Assembly: GCA_026387315.1 (NCBI GenBank)
Contig: JAPLLY010000049.1
Location: 11,883 to 75,882 of the forward strand
Length of the DNA stretch: 64,000 nucleotides
Source: Candidatus Omnitrophota bacterium
GTDB taxonomy: Bacteria; Omnitrophota; Gorgyraeia; Gygaellales; Profunditerraquicolaceae
Direction: 5' to 3'
Shown: positions 34,827 to 42,547 of the stretch, in pieces
How the letters are laid out: each line of letters opens with the position of its first letter
How positions within the stretch are numbered: the first letter of the stretch is position 1
Position numbers and translations under genes: made by a program
Notes under the pieces: model-generated
Seen by the model: only the letters and a program-made list of their open reading frames with translations
What the model was told of the DNA's origin: nothing
Databases searched by the model: none

Positions 34827-35696
34827 ATGGAAAAATACATAGAGAAGTTTGTGCGCTATCTGGAAATTGAAAAAAACTATTCTAGCCATACGGTTATAAA
34901 TTATAAACTAGACCTTCAAGGGTTTAATAAATTTATTGCCGGGACACAGTTAGAAAAAATTGGTTATTTGGATTTAAGAAAATATCTGGCAGTTTTAAAA
35001 GAAAAGGATTTTGCGAATCGTACGGTCGGCCGCCGGCTTTCGGCGTTGCGCAGTTTTTTTAGATTCCTCTGCCGCGAAGGGTATATTAAAACTAACCCCA
35101 TTCTTATGCTTTCCAGCCCTAAGTTAGAAAAACATCTGCCCTCATTTATGACTGAGGATGAGGTTGGCCGGCTTATCGAATCGGCTTTTGCCAAAACCCA
35201 AAAAGATCTTTTAGGCCTGCGTGATCGGGCAATTTTGGAAGTATTTTATTCCAGCGGTTTGCGTATTTCGGAGTTAGTAGGATTAAACTTAGAGGATATT
35301 GATTTTATCAGTGGTATTCTTAAAATAAGAGGTAAGGGGAAAAAGGAAAGGATCGTGCCCATCGGAGAAACCGCGCTGGCTACGGTTAAGAAGTATTTGG
35401 AGAAAAGAAAAAAACAGACAGAAGCCCTATTTTTAAATAATCACCACCGGCGCATTACCACTCGCGGAGTTCGTTTTTTAGTAGTAAAATATATTAATGC
35501 CTCCGGAATTAAGCCGGGAGTTTCCGCGCATACTTTTCGGCATTCATTTGCCACACATCTTCTAAATCATGGGGCAGATTTGCGCACAGTGCAGGAGCTT
35601 CTGGGCCATGCGAGTTTATCTTCAACCCAGATCTATACGCATATGACCACGGATAAATTAAAGAGTGTTTATGATAAGGCGCATCCACATGCTTGA
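34827..35696 (+). CDS. xerC: site-specific tyrosine recombinase XerC/XerD
   Basis: RDRAILEVFYSSGLRISE, HTFRHSFATHLL, GHASLSSTQIYTH. The track start is TTG 34821. Confidence 0.9.
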   Translation: MEKYIEKFVRYLEIEKNYSSHTVINYKLDLQGFNKFIAGTQLEKIGYLDLRKYLAVLKEKDFANRTVGRRLSALRSFFRFLCREGYIKTNPILMLSSPKLEKHLPSFMTEDEVGRLIESAFAKTQKDLLGLRDRAILEVFYSSGLRISELVGLNLEDIDFISGILKIRGKGKKERIVPIGETALATVKKYLEKRKKQTEALFLNNHHRRITTRGVRFLVVKYINASGIKPGVSAHTFRHSFATHLLNHGADLRTVQELLGHASLSSTQIYTHMTTDKLKSVYDKAHPHA

Positions 35697-35741
35697 AAAA
35701 CTAAAAAAACTGAAGAACTAAGAAACTGAAAAACTAAAGAG

Positions 35742-37001
35742 ATGTTTATAATTTATGATCTGGTATTCTTAATTTTTACGTTAGTTTATTTTCCGTGTTA
35801 CCTTTTGCGTGGGAAACTTAACTCTGGATTTCTTAGGCGCCTGGGTTTTCTACCGGCTCGCTTGAATTTGGATAGGCCGATCTGGATTCATGCTGTAAGC
35901 GTGGGTGAAGCTATTGCCATCAAAAGGCTCTTGAGCCAGTTAAGACAGTCCTATCCCTGTAAAAAGTTGGTTATTTCCACGGTGACGGCCACCGGAAATA
36001 AAATTGCCCAAGGTTTAGTTAAGGACGGGGACTTCTTGACTTATCTGCCCTTGGATTTTAGTTTTATCGTCAAGCGCGTCTTAAAAAGGATTAATCCCTG
36101 CATGTTTATTATTGCTGAGACTGAAATCTGGCCGAATTTGATTATCTGCCTGGATAAACTGCAGGTTCCGGTAATTACGGTTAATGGCAGGATTTCGGAT
36201 AGCTCTTATGGCGGATATCGGTTAATAAAATTTTTTATCCGGCCGATTTTAAGGATGGTCAAACAATTTTGCGTGCAGAGCGATCTCGATGCTTTGCGTT
36301 TAGAAAGTTTAGGCGTAGATAAACAAAGAATTCAGGTTACCGGAAACGTAAAATTTGACATTAACTTAGACCCGATAGCCCAGATAAATGTTTTAAACTA
36401 TCGGGCCAAGCTTTGGTTGGGGCAACTTGATAAATTATTAGTTTGTGGAAGCACGCACCCTGGCGAAGAAGAATTAATTTTTGCTTCTTATCAAGAGCTC
36501 TTGTTGATTTTCCCGAAGCTGAAACTTCTTATTGCCCCGCGGCATCCCGAGCGGAGTAAAGAGATTTCTAGATTAGCAGCTGATAGCGGTTTTATGCCAG
36601 TGCTTATTTCCAGTATATCCTGCCCAACCTGTATTAACCGTCCCGTATTTATTTTGGATACTATCGGGGAATTGCTTAATTATTATTCCGCGGCGGATAT
36701 TGTTTTTGTCGGAGGGAGTATGATGAAGAGAGGCGGCCACAACATTCTTGAGCCGGCGAGCTTAAAGAAACCGGTAATTTTCGGCCCTTACATGTTTAAC
36801 TTCCGGGATATTAGTGAATTATTCCTGGCCAACCAAGCTGCGCTTGTGGCTGGGGATAGCCAAGAGTTAACTGATAAAGTGAAAGAAATCTTAAACAGCA
36901 GCCTTTTGGCTAAGGGGCTAGTTGAGCGCGCTTACGAGATAATTATCAAAAATCGCGGGGCAACGGATAAGAATATTCAGATTATTAAACAATTAAGCTA
37001 A
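35742..37001 (+). CDS. waaA: 3-deoxy-D-manno-octulosonic acid (Kdo) transferase
   Basis: PIWIHAVSVGEA, ETEIWPN, GGSMMKRGGHNILEP. Confidence 0.9.
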   Translation: MFIIYDLVFLIFTLVYFPCYLLRGKLNSGFLRRLGFLPARLNLDRPIWIHAVSVGEAIAIKRLLSQLRQSYPCKKLVISTVTATGNKIAQGLVKDGDFLTYLPLDFSFIVKRVLKRINPCMFIIAETEIWPNLIICLDKLQVPVITVNGRISDSSYGGYRLIKFFIRPILRMVKQFCVQSDLDALRLESLGVDKQRIQVTGNVKFDINLDPIAQINVLNYRAKLWLGQLDKLLVCGSTHPGEEELIFASYQELLLIFPKLKLLIAPRHPERSKEISRLAADSGFMPVLISSISCPTCINRPVFILDTIGELLNYYSAADIVFVGGSMMKRGGHNILEPASLKKPVIFGPYMFNFRDISELFLANQAALVAGDSQELTDKVKEILNSSLLAKGLVERAYEIIIKNRGATDKNIQIIKQLS

Positions 37002-37102
37002 GACAGCCTGCGCTAATTGGTATTGCGCCGGTGTTGTCTAGGTAGACAAGACACCCCGCGCTAAGCGGAATTGCGCGGGTGTTGTGTTCGTACACAAGGA
37101 GG
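37002..37102 (+). repeat. two tandem family-C modules ending in the greA SD
   Basis: Module a spans 37002-37050 with TTGTCTAGGTAGACAA. Module b spans 37051-37102 with the covariant hairpin TTGTGT-TCGT-ACACAA (37082-37097) and AAGGAGG. Confidence 0.75.
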
Positions 37103-37108
37103 TCAAAT

Positions 37109-37579
37109 ATGTCTGAAGATATTTATTTAACTCAGGAAGGTTATGAAAAATTAGTTAATGAGTTGGAGCATTTGAAAACAGTTAAGCGCCGCGTACTTTC
37201 TAAAGCTATCGGCGAAGCCCGCGCACATGGAGACATTAGTGAGAATGCGGAGTATGACGCGGCCAGGGATGCGCAGGCTCATAATGAAAAACAGATTGTT
37301 CAGCTGGAGGACAAGCTGGCGCGCGTGCGCATACTGGATAAAAATATTCCTAAGGATGAAGTTTTAATCGGAGCTAAAGTAAAATTAATGGATATGGATA
37401 CTCAGGAAGAGTTGGAATATACTTTAGTTTCGGAGCTGGAGGCGGACTATAATCAGGGAAAAATTTCAGTGAGTTCTCCGGTAGGGGAAGGATTATTGGG
37501 GCACAAGGAAAACGAAATTGTCCAAATCAATATTCCCGCCGGTTCCATAAAATATAAGATTATTAAGATATCGCGTTAG
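37109..37579 (+). CDS. greA: transcription elongation factor GreA
   Basis: MSEDIYLTQEGYEKL...AIGEARAHGDISENAEYDAA. The track start 37079 lies inside the repeat. Confidence 0.95.
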   Translation: MSEDIYLTQEGYEKLVNELEHLKTVKRRVLSKAIGEARAHGDISENAEYDAARDAQAHNEKQIVQLEDKLARVRILDKNIPKDEVLIGAKVKLMDMDTQEELEYTLVSELEADYNQGKISVSSPVGEGLLGHKENEIVQINIPAGSIKYKIIKISR

Positions 37580-37587
37580 GATTTTTT

Positions 37588-37755
37588 ATGTTAGCTAAGA
37601 TCGGCCATTTAAAAGTAGAGATTTTTAAGATTAAAAACAGGGCGGGGTTTGCCGCGGTTTGTTTTGAGCATCTTACGGAAGGAGCAACCGCGCAGGAGGC
37701 CTACGCTCGCATAGTTAAAGCTTTGCGTAGGAGTAATCGTAAACAGGCAGGGTAA
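37588..37755 (+). CDS. possible 55-aa hypothetical protein (below the ORF-track cut-off)
   Basis: ATG 9 nt after the greA stop. MLAKIGHLKVEIFKIKNRAGFAAVCFEHLTEGATAQEAYARIVKALRRSNRKQAG. No family recognised. Confidence 0.25.
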   Translation: MLAKIGHLKVEIFKIKNRAGFAAVCFEHLTEGATAQEAYARIVKALRRSNRKQAG

Positions 37756-37761
37756 AATATT

Positions 37762-38247
37762 TTGGACGCTAAAATAATACAGGATTTAAAATTTATGCGC
37801 TTGGCTATTGCTAAGGCGGTCGAGGGTATAAGAAAAGGACAGTCTCCTTTTGGCGCTTGCATTGTGAAGAATAAGCAGATTATTGCCTGCAGCCATAATC
37901 TGGTTTGGAAAAACAATAATATTACCGCGCATGCTGAGATGGCGGCAATTGGTTCTGCCTGTAAAGCGCTGGAAACAATAGATTTGTCTGGCTGCACTAT
38001 TTATTCAACTTCTGAGCCGTGCCCGATGTGTTTTTCTGCCTGCCATTGGGCCAGGATTTCACGTATTGTTTTTGGTTGCGCGATAAAAGATGCCAAGAAT
38101 TTTGGTTTTAATGAAATGGGGATTTCCAATTTTAAGTTGAAGAAATTAATTAAAAGTAAAATTAAAATTACCTCAAGGTTAGCGGTAAAAGAAAATATCG
38201 CGCTTTTTGAATTTTGGCAAGAGCAGGCAAAAACCCGTGTTTATTAA
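37762..38247 (+). CDS. CDA-fold nucleoside/guanine deaminase (TadA/GuaD-like)
   Basis: HAEMAAI and PCPMCFSAC zinc motifs. Confidence 0.8.
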   Translation: MDAKIIQDLKFMRLAIAKAVEGIRKGQSPFGACIVKNKQIIACSHNLVWKNNNITAHAEMAAIGSACKALETIDLSGCTIYSTSEPCPMCFSACHWARISRIVFGCAIKDAKNFGFNEMGISNFKLKKLIKSKIKITSRLAVKENIALFEFWQEQAKTRVY

Positions 38248-38290
38248 TTATTGCGCTCGGCACATCATACTTTAAAGAGTAATTCGAATT

Positions 38291-39013
38291 ATGCTAGAAA
38301 TAAAATTAAGACAATCTGGAAATTGTATTATTCTGGATTTATGCGGCCGCATAGACGTGGATTCAGCTAATCTGGTGGAGGTGGTCGGCCAATGTGTGCG
38401 CGACGGATATGTGGATATTCTTTGTAATTTAGAAGATATCCAGGTAGTAGATTATATGGGTATTTCGGTGGTAGTGATTGCCTATAAAGAGGTGGTTAAT
38501 CATCAGGGCAGGATGAAGTTTGTAAATATCCCGGCGCAGCTGCGAAGCGTATTCGCAATTTCCGGCATGGACAGGGTAATTGAAATTTATGTTTCTGAAG
38601 ATTTGGCTCTAAATAGTTTTAAGGAAGATAAGATTATTGAGAATATTAAAAAGATGCAGCTTCGCCGCAGGTTTAAACGCCTGCCGATTGATTTAAAAAT
38701 AGAGTTAAAATCTAATCGGGACAGTTCCCCCGACTGCCTTAAAGCCGAGATATTTAATTTAAGCGCCATAGGGGCTTTTATATTTGGTTGTGGTAAATTT
38801 AAACTGCAAGACGAAGTAACTCTTAAAATGAAGCTTGCGCCAAAGCCGGAGGTGTTGGAGTTGGAAGCGCGGGTAGTTTGGGTTCCGGATAGGGGGGTGC
38901 AGCCGCATGAGTATCCGGGAATCGGAGTAGAATTTTCTAATCTCTCCGCCCAAAATCAGCAAAAACTAATTGAGTTTATCGACCGAAACATTTCCTTTAG
39001 CTCATCGGATTGA
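38291..39013 (+). CDS. STAS (anti-sigma-antagonist-like) domain fused to a PilZ c-di-GMP-binding domain
   Basis: The N-terminus has a SpoIIAA-like STAS layout (ILDLCGRIDVDSANLVE...VDYMGISVVV...AISGMD). The C-terminus has RRRFKR and NLSAIGA (RxxxR / DxSxxG-type PilZ motifs). Confidence 0.75.
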   Translation: MLEIKLRQSGNCIILDLCGRIDVDSANLVEVVGQCVRDGYVDILCNLEDIQVVDYMGISVVVIAYKEVVNHQGRMKFVNIPAQLRSVFAISGMDRVIEIYVSEDLALNSFKEDKIIENIKKMQLRRRFKRLPIDLKIELKSNRDSSPDCLKAEIFNLSAIGAFIFGCGKFKLQDEVTLKMKLAPKPEVLELEARVVWVPDRGVQPHEYPGIGVEFSNLSAQNQQKLIEFIDRNISFSSSD

Positions 39014-39029
39014 CCTAAGTCAAATAAAC

Positions 39030-39205
39030 ATAAGCTTTCCGGCTTTTGCTTCCGGCACGAAGATTTTCGCCGTGTGCGGCGGTTTACGTCTCGCTACGGC
39101 GTGTTCCTTACGCTAAAAAGACATCGCCTACGCTCGACGTAATTCCTTGCACACAACTGGCGAAAATCTTCTAATTGTGCCTCCAGCAAAAGCCGGAAAG
39201 CTTAT
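39030..39205. repeat. 176-nt long inverted repeat (element X1)
   Basis: Perfect 20-bp termini ATAAGCTTTCCGGCTTTTGC (39030-39049) and GCAAAAGCCGGAAAGCTTAT (39186-39205). A further perfect 13 bp: GAAGATTTTCGCC (39059-39071) with GGCGAAAATCTTC (39159-39171). Confidence 0.7.
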
Positions 39206-39222
39206 AAATTAATATGCTATTA

Positions 39223-39385
39223 GCGGGTGGCGAGCCTTGGCTTGAGCAGCATCTCAAAAATTCGAGCGGGCACGGTTGCCCCTAATATATGTCTTGGCAG
39301 AGCGAGAATTTTTGCCGAAGCGAAGATTTTCCTCGCAGGGGAAAATCGAGCGGTGCGGCGAGAGACAAGGCTCGACAGGACCCGC
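39223..39385. repeat. second long imperfect inverted repeat (element X2), motif-related to X1
   Basis: GCGGGT..CGAGCCTTG (39223-39239) pairs with CAAGGCTCG..ACCCGC (39366-39385). The inner hairpin is GATTTTCC-7-GGAAAATC (39325-39347). It shares GAAGATTTTC and GTGCGGCG with X1. Confidence 0.6.
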
Positions 39386-39456
39386 GTAAGTTAATAATAT
39401 TTTACAATAAATTACCTATCCCCTTGTCATTCTTAAGTTTTTACCTTTGAAATCAT

Positions 39457-39485
39457 TTGCCTGGAGGCCTCGGGTATGATATTAT
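39457..39485 (+). promoter_or_regulatory. candidate sigma70-type promoter for lpxK
   Basis: TTGCCT, 17 nt, TATTAT, placed 24 nt upstream of ATG 39509. Confidence 0.3.
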
Positions 39486-39508
39486 AAAGGCAATGCTAGA
39501 GTAAAATT

Positions 39509-40570
39509 ATGTTTTTAACCAGAGATTATCTTTATAACTTAGTTACCGGTAAAATAAAAGGCCCTCAGGGGGTGTTTTTAAGGGGGTGCTTGTTTGTTCT
39601 TTCTTTAGTTTATGGTTTAGTTGTAGTTATTTTGGCCGGCTTTTATAGAATGAGGCCGGCGCGTTTTAGCGCTAAAGTAATTAGTGTGGGCAATATTACT
39701 TTGGGAGGTACTGGCAAAACTACTTTGGTAGAGTATTTAAGCGCTAAATTAAGTTCGGCAGGTAATAAAATCGCGGTGTTAAGCCGGGGCTATAAACGAG
39801 ATTCCCGGCGGCCAGGCGCCCAAGGCCTGGGTGATGAGCCGGCGATGCTTGCGAAGAAACTTCCGTTGGTGCCGGTTATAGTTGATAAGAACAGAATAAA
39901 GGCAGCGCAAGCGGCAATCCGGGATTATGCCTTAGATACATTGATACTTGATGATGGCCTGCAGCAGTGGAAGATATTTAAAGATTTAGAAATAGTGACG
40001 ATTGATGCGCAAAATCCTTTTGGTAATTATCGCATGCTTCCAGCAGGTTTTTTGCGCGAGCCTTTATCTGCCTTAAAACGCGCGGATATTTTTGTATTGA
40101 CTCAAAGCCGTTCTGGCCCGGAGCTGGGAGGTTTGACGGCTAAATTAAAGCGTATAAACTCCCGGGCCTTGATTGTGGAATCAAGGCATGAGCCTACGGG
40201 GATTAGCCGGCTTGATCAACCGGATGAGCTTTTAAGCCCAGAGTTTCTTAGGGGCAAGATGGTGGTGATATTCTCTGGTATCGGTAACCCTGATGGGTTT
40301 AGAAATTGTGTTTGCGGGTTGGGAATTAAGGTCGCCAAGTTTTTTAGATTTCCGGATCACCATGATTATACGCAAGCGGATATTTTGCGCATTATTAGAG
40401 AGGCTAAGGAAAATAATCTGGATACCATTATTACCACGCAAAAAGACGCTGTAAAAGTTAGGGAGTTGGGGATTAAGGGCTCAGCGATACTGGTTTTGGA
40501 GATAAAACTAAGTATAACTAAAAATGAAGCAGAATTTAATCGCAGATTACTTAAGTTGTATTCTTTTTAG
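39509..40570 (+). CDS. lpxK: tetraacyldisaccharide 4'-kinase
   Basis: VISVGNITLGGTGKTT, SRGY, GDEP. Confidence 0.9.
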   Translation: MFLTRDYLYNLVTGKIKGPQGVFLRGCLFVLSLVYGLVVVILAGFYRMRPARFSAKVISVGNITLGGTGKTTLVEYLSAKLSSAGNKIAVLSRGYKRDSRRPGAQGLGDEPAMLAKKLPLVPVIVDKNRIKAAQAAIRDYALDTLILDDGLQQWKIFKDLEIVTIDAQNPFGNYRMLPAGFLREPLSALKRADIFVLTQSRSGPELGGLTAKLKRINSRALIVESRHEPTGISRLDQPDELLSPEFLRGKMVVIFSGIGNPDGFRNCVCGLGIKVAKFFRFPDHHDYTQADILRIIREAKENNLDTIITTQKDAVKVRELGIKGSAILVLEIKLSITKNEAEFNRRLLKLYSF

Positions 40571-42476
40571 GGTAGTAGGCTTTTTCACATTTTTTCTACC
40601 CTTAAATTTCAGCCTTTTTTTAGGCAGGAGGCTAGGGGATTTGATTTATTTATTTGACCGGCGGCACCGGGCAATTGCCTACGCTAATATTAGAAAGACT
40701 GTTTCTGATAATCTGGATTGCGCCTCTAGCGCCAGGATTACGCGTAAGAGTTATCAGTCCTTTGGCCAGAATTTGATTGAGATTTCTTCTCTTCCGCGGG
40801 TAAATAAGCGGTATTTGCAAAAGTATATTCAGATTGAAAATAAGGATTGTATTCAGGAAGCTTTTAATCGGGGTAAGGGGGTAATTTTTCTTATTGTGCA
40901 TGAGGGCAATTGGGAGCTTTCCAATATTATTTGCGCGAATTTAGGTTTTCCTTTTATTTTGTTTGTGCGCGATCAAGGCTTCCCCAGGTTAAACGCCTTG
41001 CTTAATACTTATCGGCTTAAGCAGGGGGCAAAAATTATTCATAAAAACACCGGAGTCAGGCAGTTAATCCAGGTGCTTAAGAATAATCAGTCAATCGGTA
41101 TGACTGTAGATCAGGGAGGTAAAGGCGGCCTGTTGGTTAATTTCTTGGGTAAAGAAGCTTCGATGTCTACGGGCGCGGTTAAATTAGCGTTAAAATATGG
41201 TTGCGCGATAATTCCTGTTTTTTATACGCGGGTCAAAGGGCCCTATATCAAAGTAATTCTGGATCAGGTCTTTACGGTAACTTCAAGCGCGGATCCCCAA
41301 GACGATTTGCGCCAGAATCTGCAAAGGTTAATCAGTATTTATGAAAAATATATTCGTCAATATCCCCATGAATATCTTTGGACCTATAAGATATACAAGT
41401 ATGGTAAAGAAAGAGAGGTTTTAATCATTACTGATACCAAGACTGGGCATTTGCGCCAGTCTGAAGGGGCAGCTAAGTTAATTAGCCAGCAGTTAGCTGT
41501 CCGGGGAATAAAAACCCATTTGTCCGTTCAGGAGGTAAAATTCCGCTGGCCCTTATCCGGATTTATTTTGAGTTGGGTGTCTAGGCTTAGCGGTAAGTAC
41601 CCAGGCCGGGGCAGTGGCATGCGTTATTTACGTTATGCTTTAACCCCGCAAAGTTGGCAGAGCTTAATGAGTTTTAAACCGGATATTATTATTTCCGCTG
41701 GAGGCATAATCAGCGCGGTAAATTATCTTTTGGCTAAAGAAAATCAGGCTAAATCCGTAGTTTTGATGCGGCCGGCTAATTTAAATATAAAGAAATTTAA
41801 TTTAGTGATTATTTCTCGTCATGATCAGCCTATTCAGAGAAGCAATGTGGTGATTACCGAGGGAGCGCTTAATTTAATTGATGCGGACTATTTAAGCCAA
41901 AAGACTAAGAGTTTAGCGTGTTCCGGGCTTTTTAAAGGGCCGTTGCTTCATCCTTGTATCGGAGTATTAATTGGCGGCAATAGCAAGAGGTTTTCTCTGG
42001 GGCCTGAGCTAGTATTGGATTTAGCCGGAGAAATTAAAAAATCTGCCGAAGGCCTAAACGCGGATATCTTAATTTCTACTTCCCGCCGTAGTTCTGCTGA
42101 AGTGGAGGAGGTGATTAAAAATGAATTTACCAATTATGCGCGTTGTAAACTTTTAGTTATCGCCCGGCTTAATAATAATCCGGATGTCGTAGGCGGAATA
42201 CTGGGATCAAGCAGCCTAATTGTTAGTTCTCCGGAGAGTATCTCCATGATCTCTGAGGCGGTCTGTGCGGAAAAATACGTGGTAGTTTTTAACTCCGTTA
42301 ACCTTAGCCTTAAGCATCAGCGTTTCCTAAAAAACTATCAGGAAAAAGGATATATATATAGAGAAGAGGTTAAGTATTTATCCATATGTATTAATCAGCT
42401 TTTGCGAAATAAGCCGCAAATTAATTCTCCAAAAGATAATTTAAAAGTTCTAGAGGGGCTAAATAAAATATTATAA
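40524..42476 (+). CDS. lipid A late acyltransferase (LpxL/HtrB-like) fused to an ELM1/DUF1022-like domain
   Basis: The N-terminal ~290 aa contain HEGNWEL (LPLAT HxxxxD-type region) and a MSTGAVKLA segment. The C-terminal ~350 aa resemble the ELM1 family (ITDTKTGHLRQSEGAA...). Confidence 0.7.
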   Translation: MKQNLIADYLSCILFRVVGFFTFFLPLNFSLFLGRRLGDLIYLFDRRHRAIAYANIRKTVSDNLDCASSARITRKSYQSFGQNLIEISSLPRVNKRYLQKYIQIENKDCIQEAFNRGKGVIFLIVHEGNWELSNIICANLGFPFILFVRDQGFPRLNALLNTYRLKQGAKIIHKNTGVRQLIQVLKNNQSIGMTVDQGGKGGLLVNFLGKEASMSTGAVKLALKYGCAIIPVFYTRVKGPYIKVILDQVFTVTSSADPQDDLRQNLQRLISIYEKYIRQYPHEYLWTYKIYKYGKEREVLIITDTKTGHLRQSEGAAKLISQQLAVRGIKTHLSVQEVKFRWPLSGFILSWVSRLSGKYPGRGSGMRYLRYALTPQSWQSLMSFKPDIIISAGGIISAVNYLLAKENQAKSVVLMRPANLNIKKFNLVIISRHDQPIQRSNVVITEGALNLIDADYLSQKTKSLACSGLFKGPLLHPCIGVLIGGNSKRFSLGPELVLDLAGEIKKSAEGLNADILISTSRRSSAEVEEVIKNEFTNYARCKLLVIARLNNNPDVVGGILGSSSLIVSSPESISMISEAVCAEKYVVVFNSVNLSLKHQRFLKNYQEKGYIYREEVKYLSICINQLLRNKPQINSPKDNLKVLEGLNKIL

Positions 42477-42482
42477 TAAAGT

Positions 42483-42544
42483 AAAACAGGGGACGGTTCT
42501 CTTAAAAAAAGAGAACCGTCCCCGCGATTTAAGAAAGAAGGCGC
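42483..42544 (+). repeat. 62-nt unit (family-B hairpin plus a family-A 3' arm variant), copy 1
   Basis: Identical to 44686-44747. Contains GGGGACGGTTCTC-TTAAAAAAA-GAGAACCGTCCCC (42489-42523) and AAGAAAGAAGGCGC. Confidence 0.85.
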
Positions 42545-42547
42545 GGG

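Noticed and set aside
34827-35696. xerC as the integrase of one of the accessory regions
   Set aside because: It lies more than 20 kb from the nearest island boundary. It has the standard XerC/D motifs and sits among housekeeping genes, so it is most likely the chromosome dimer resolvase.
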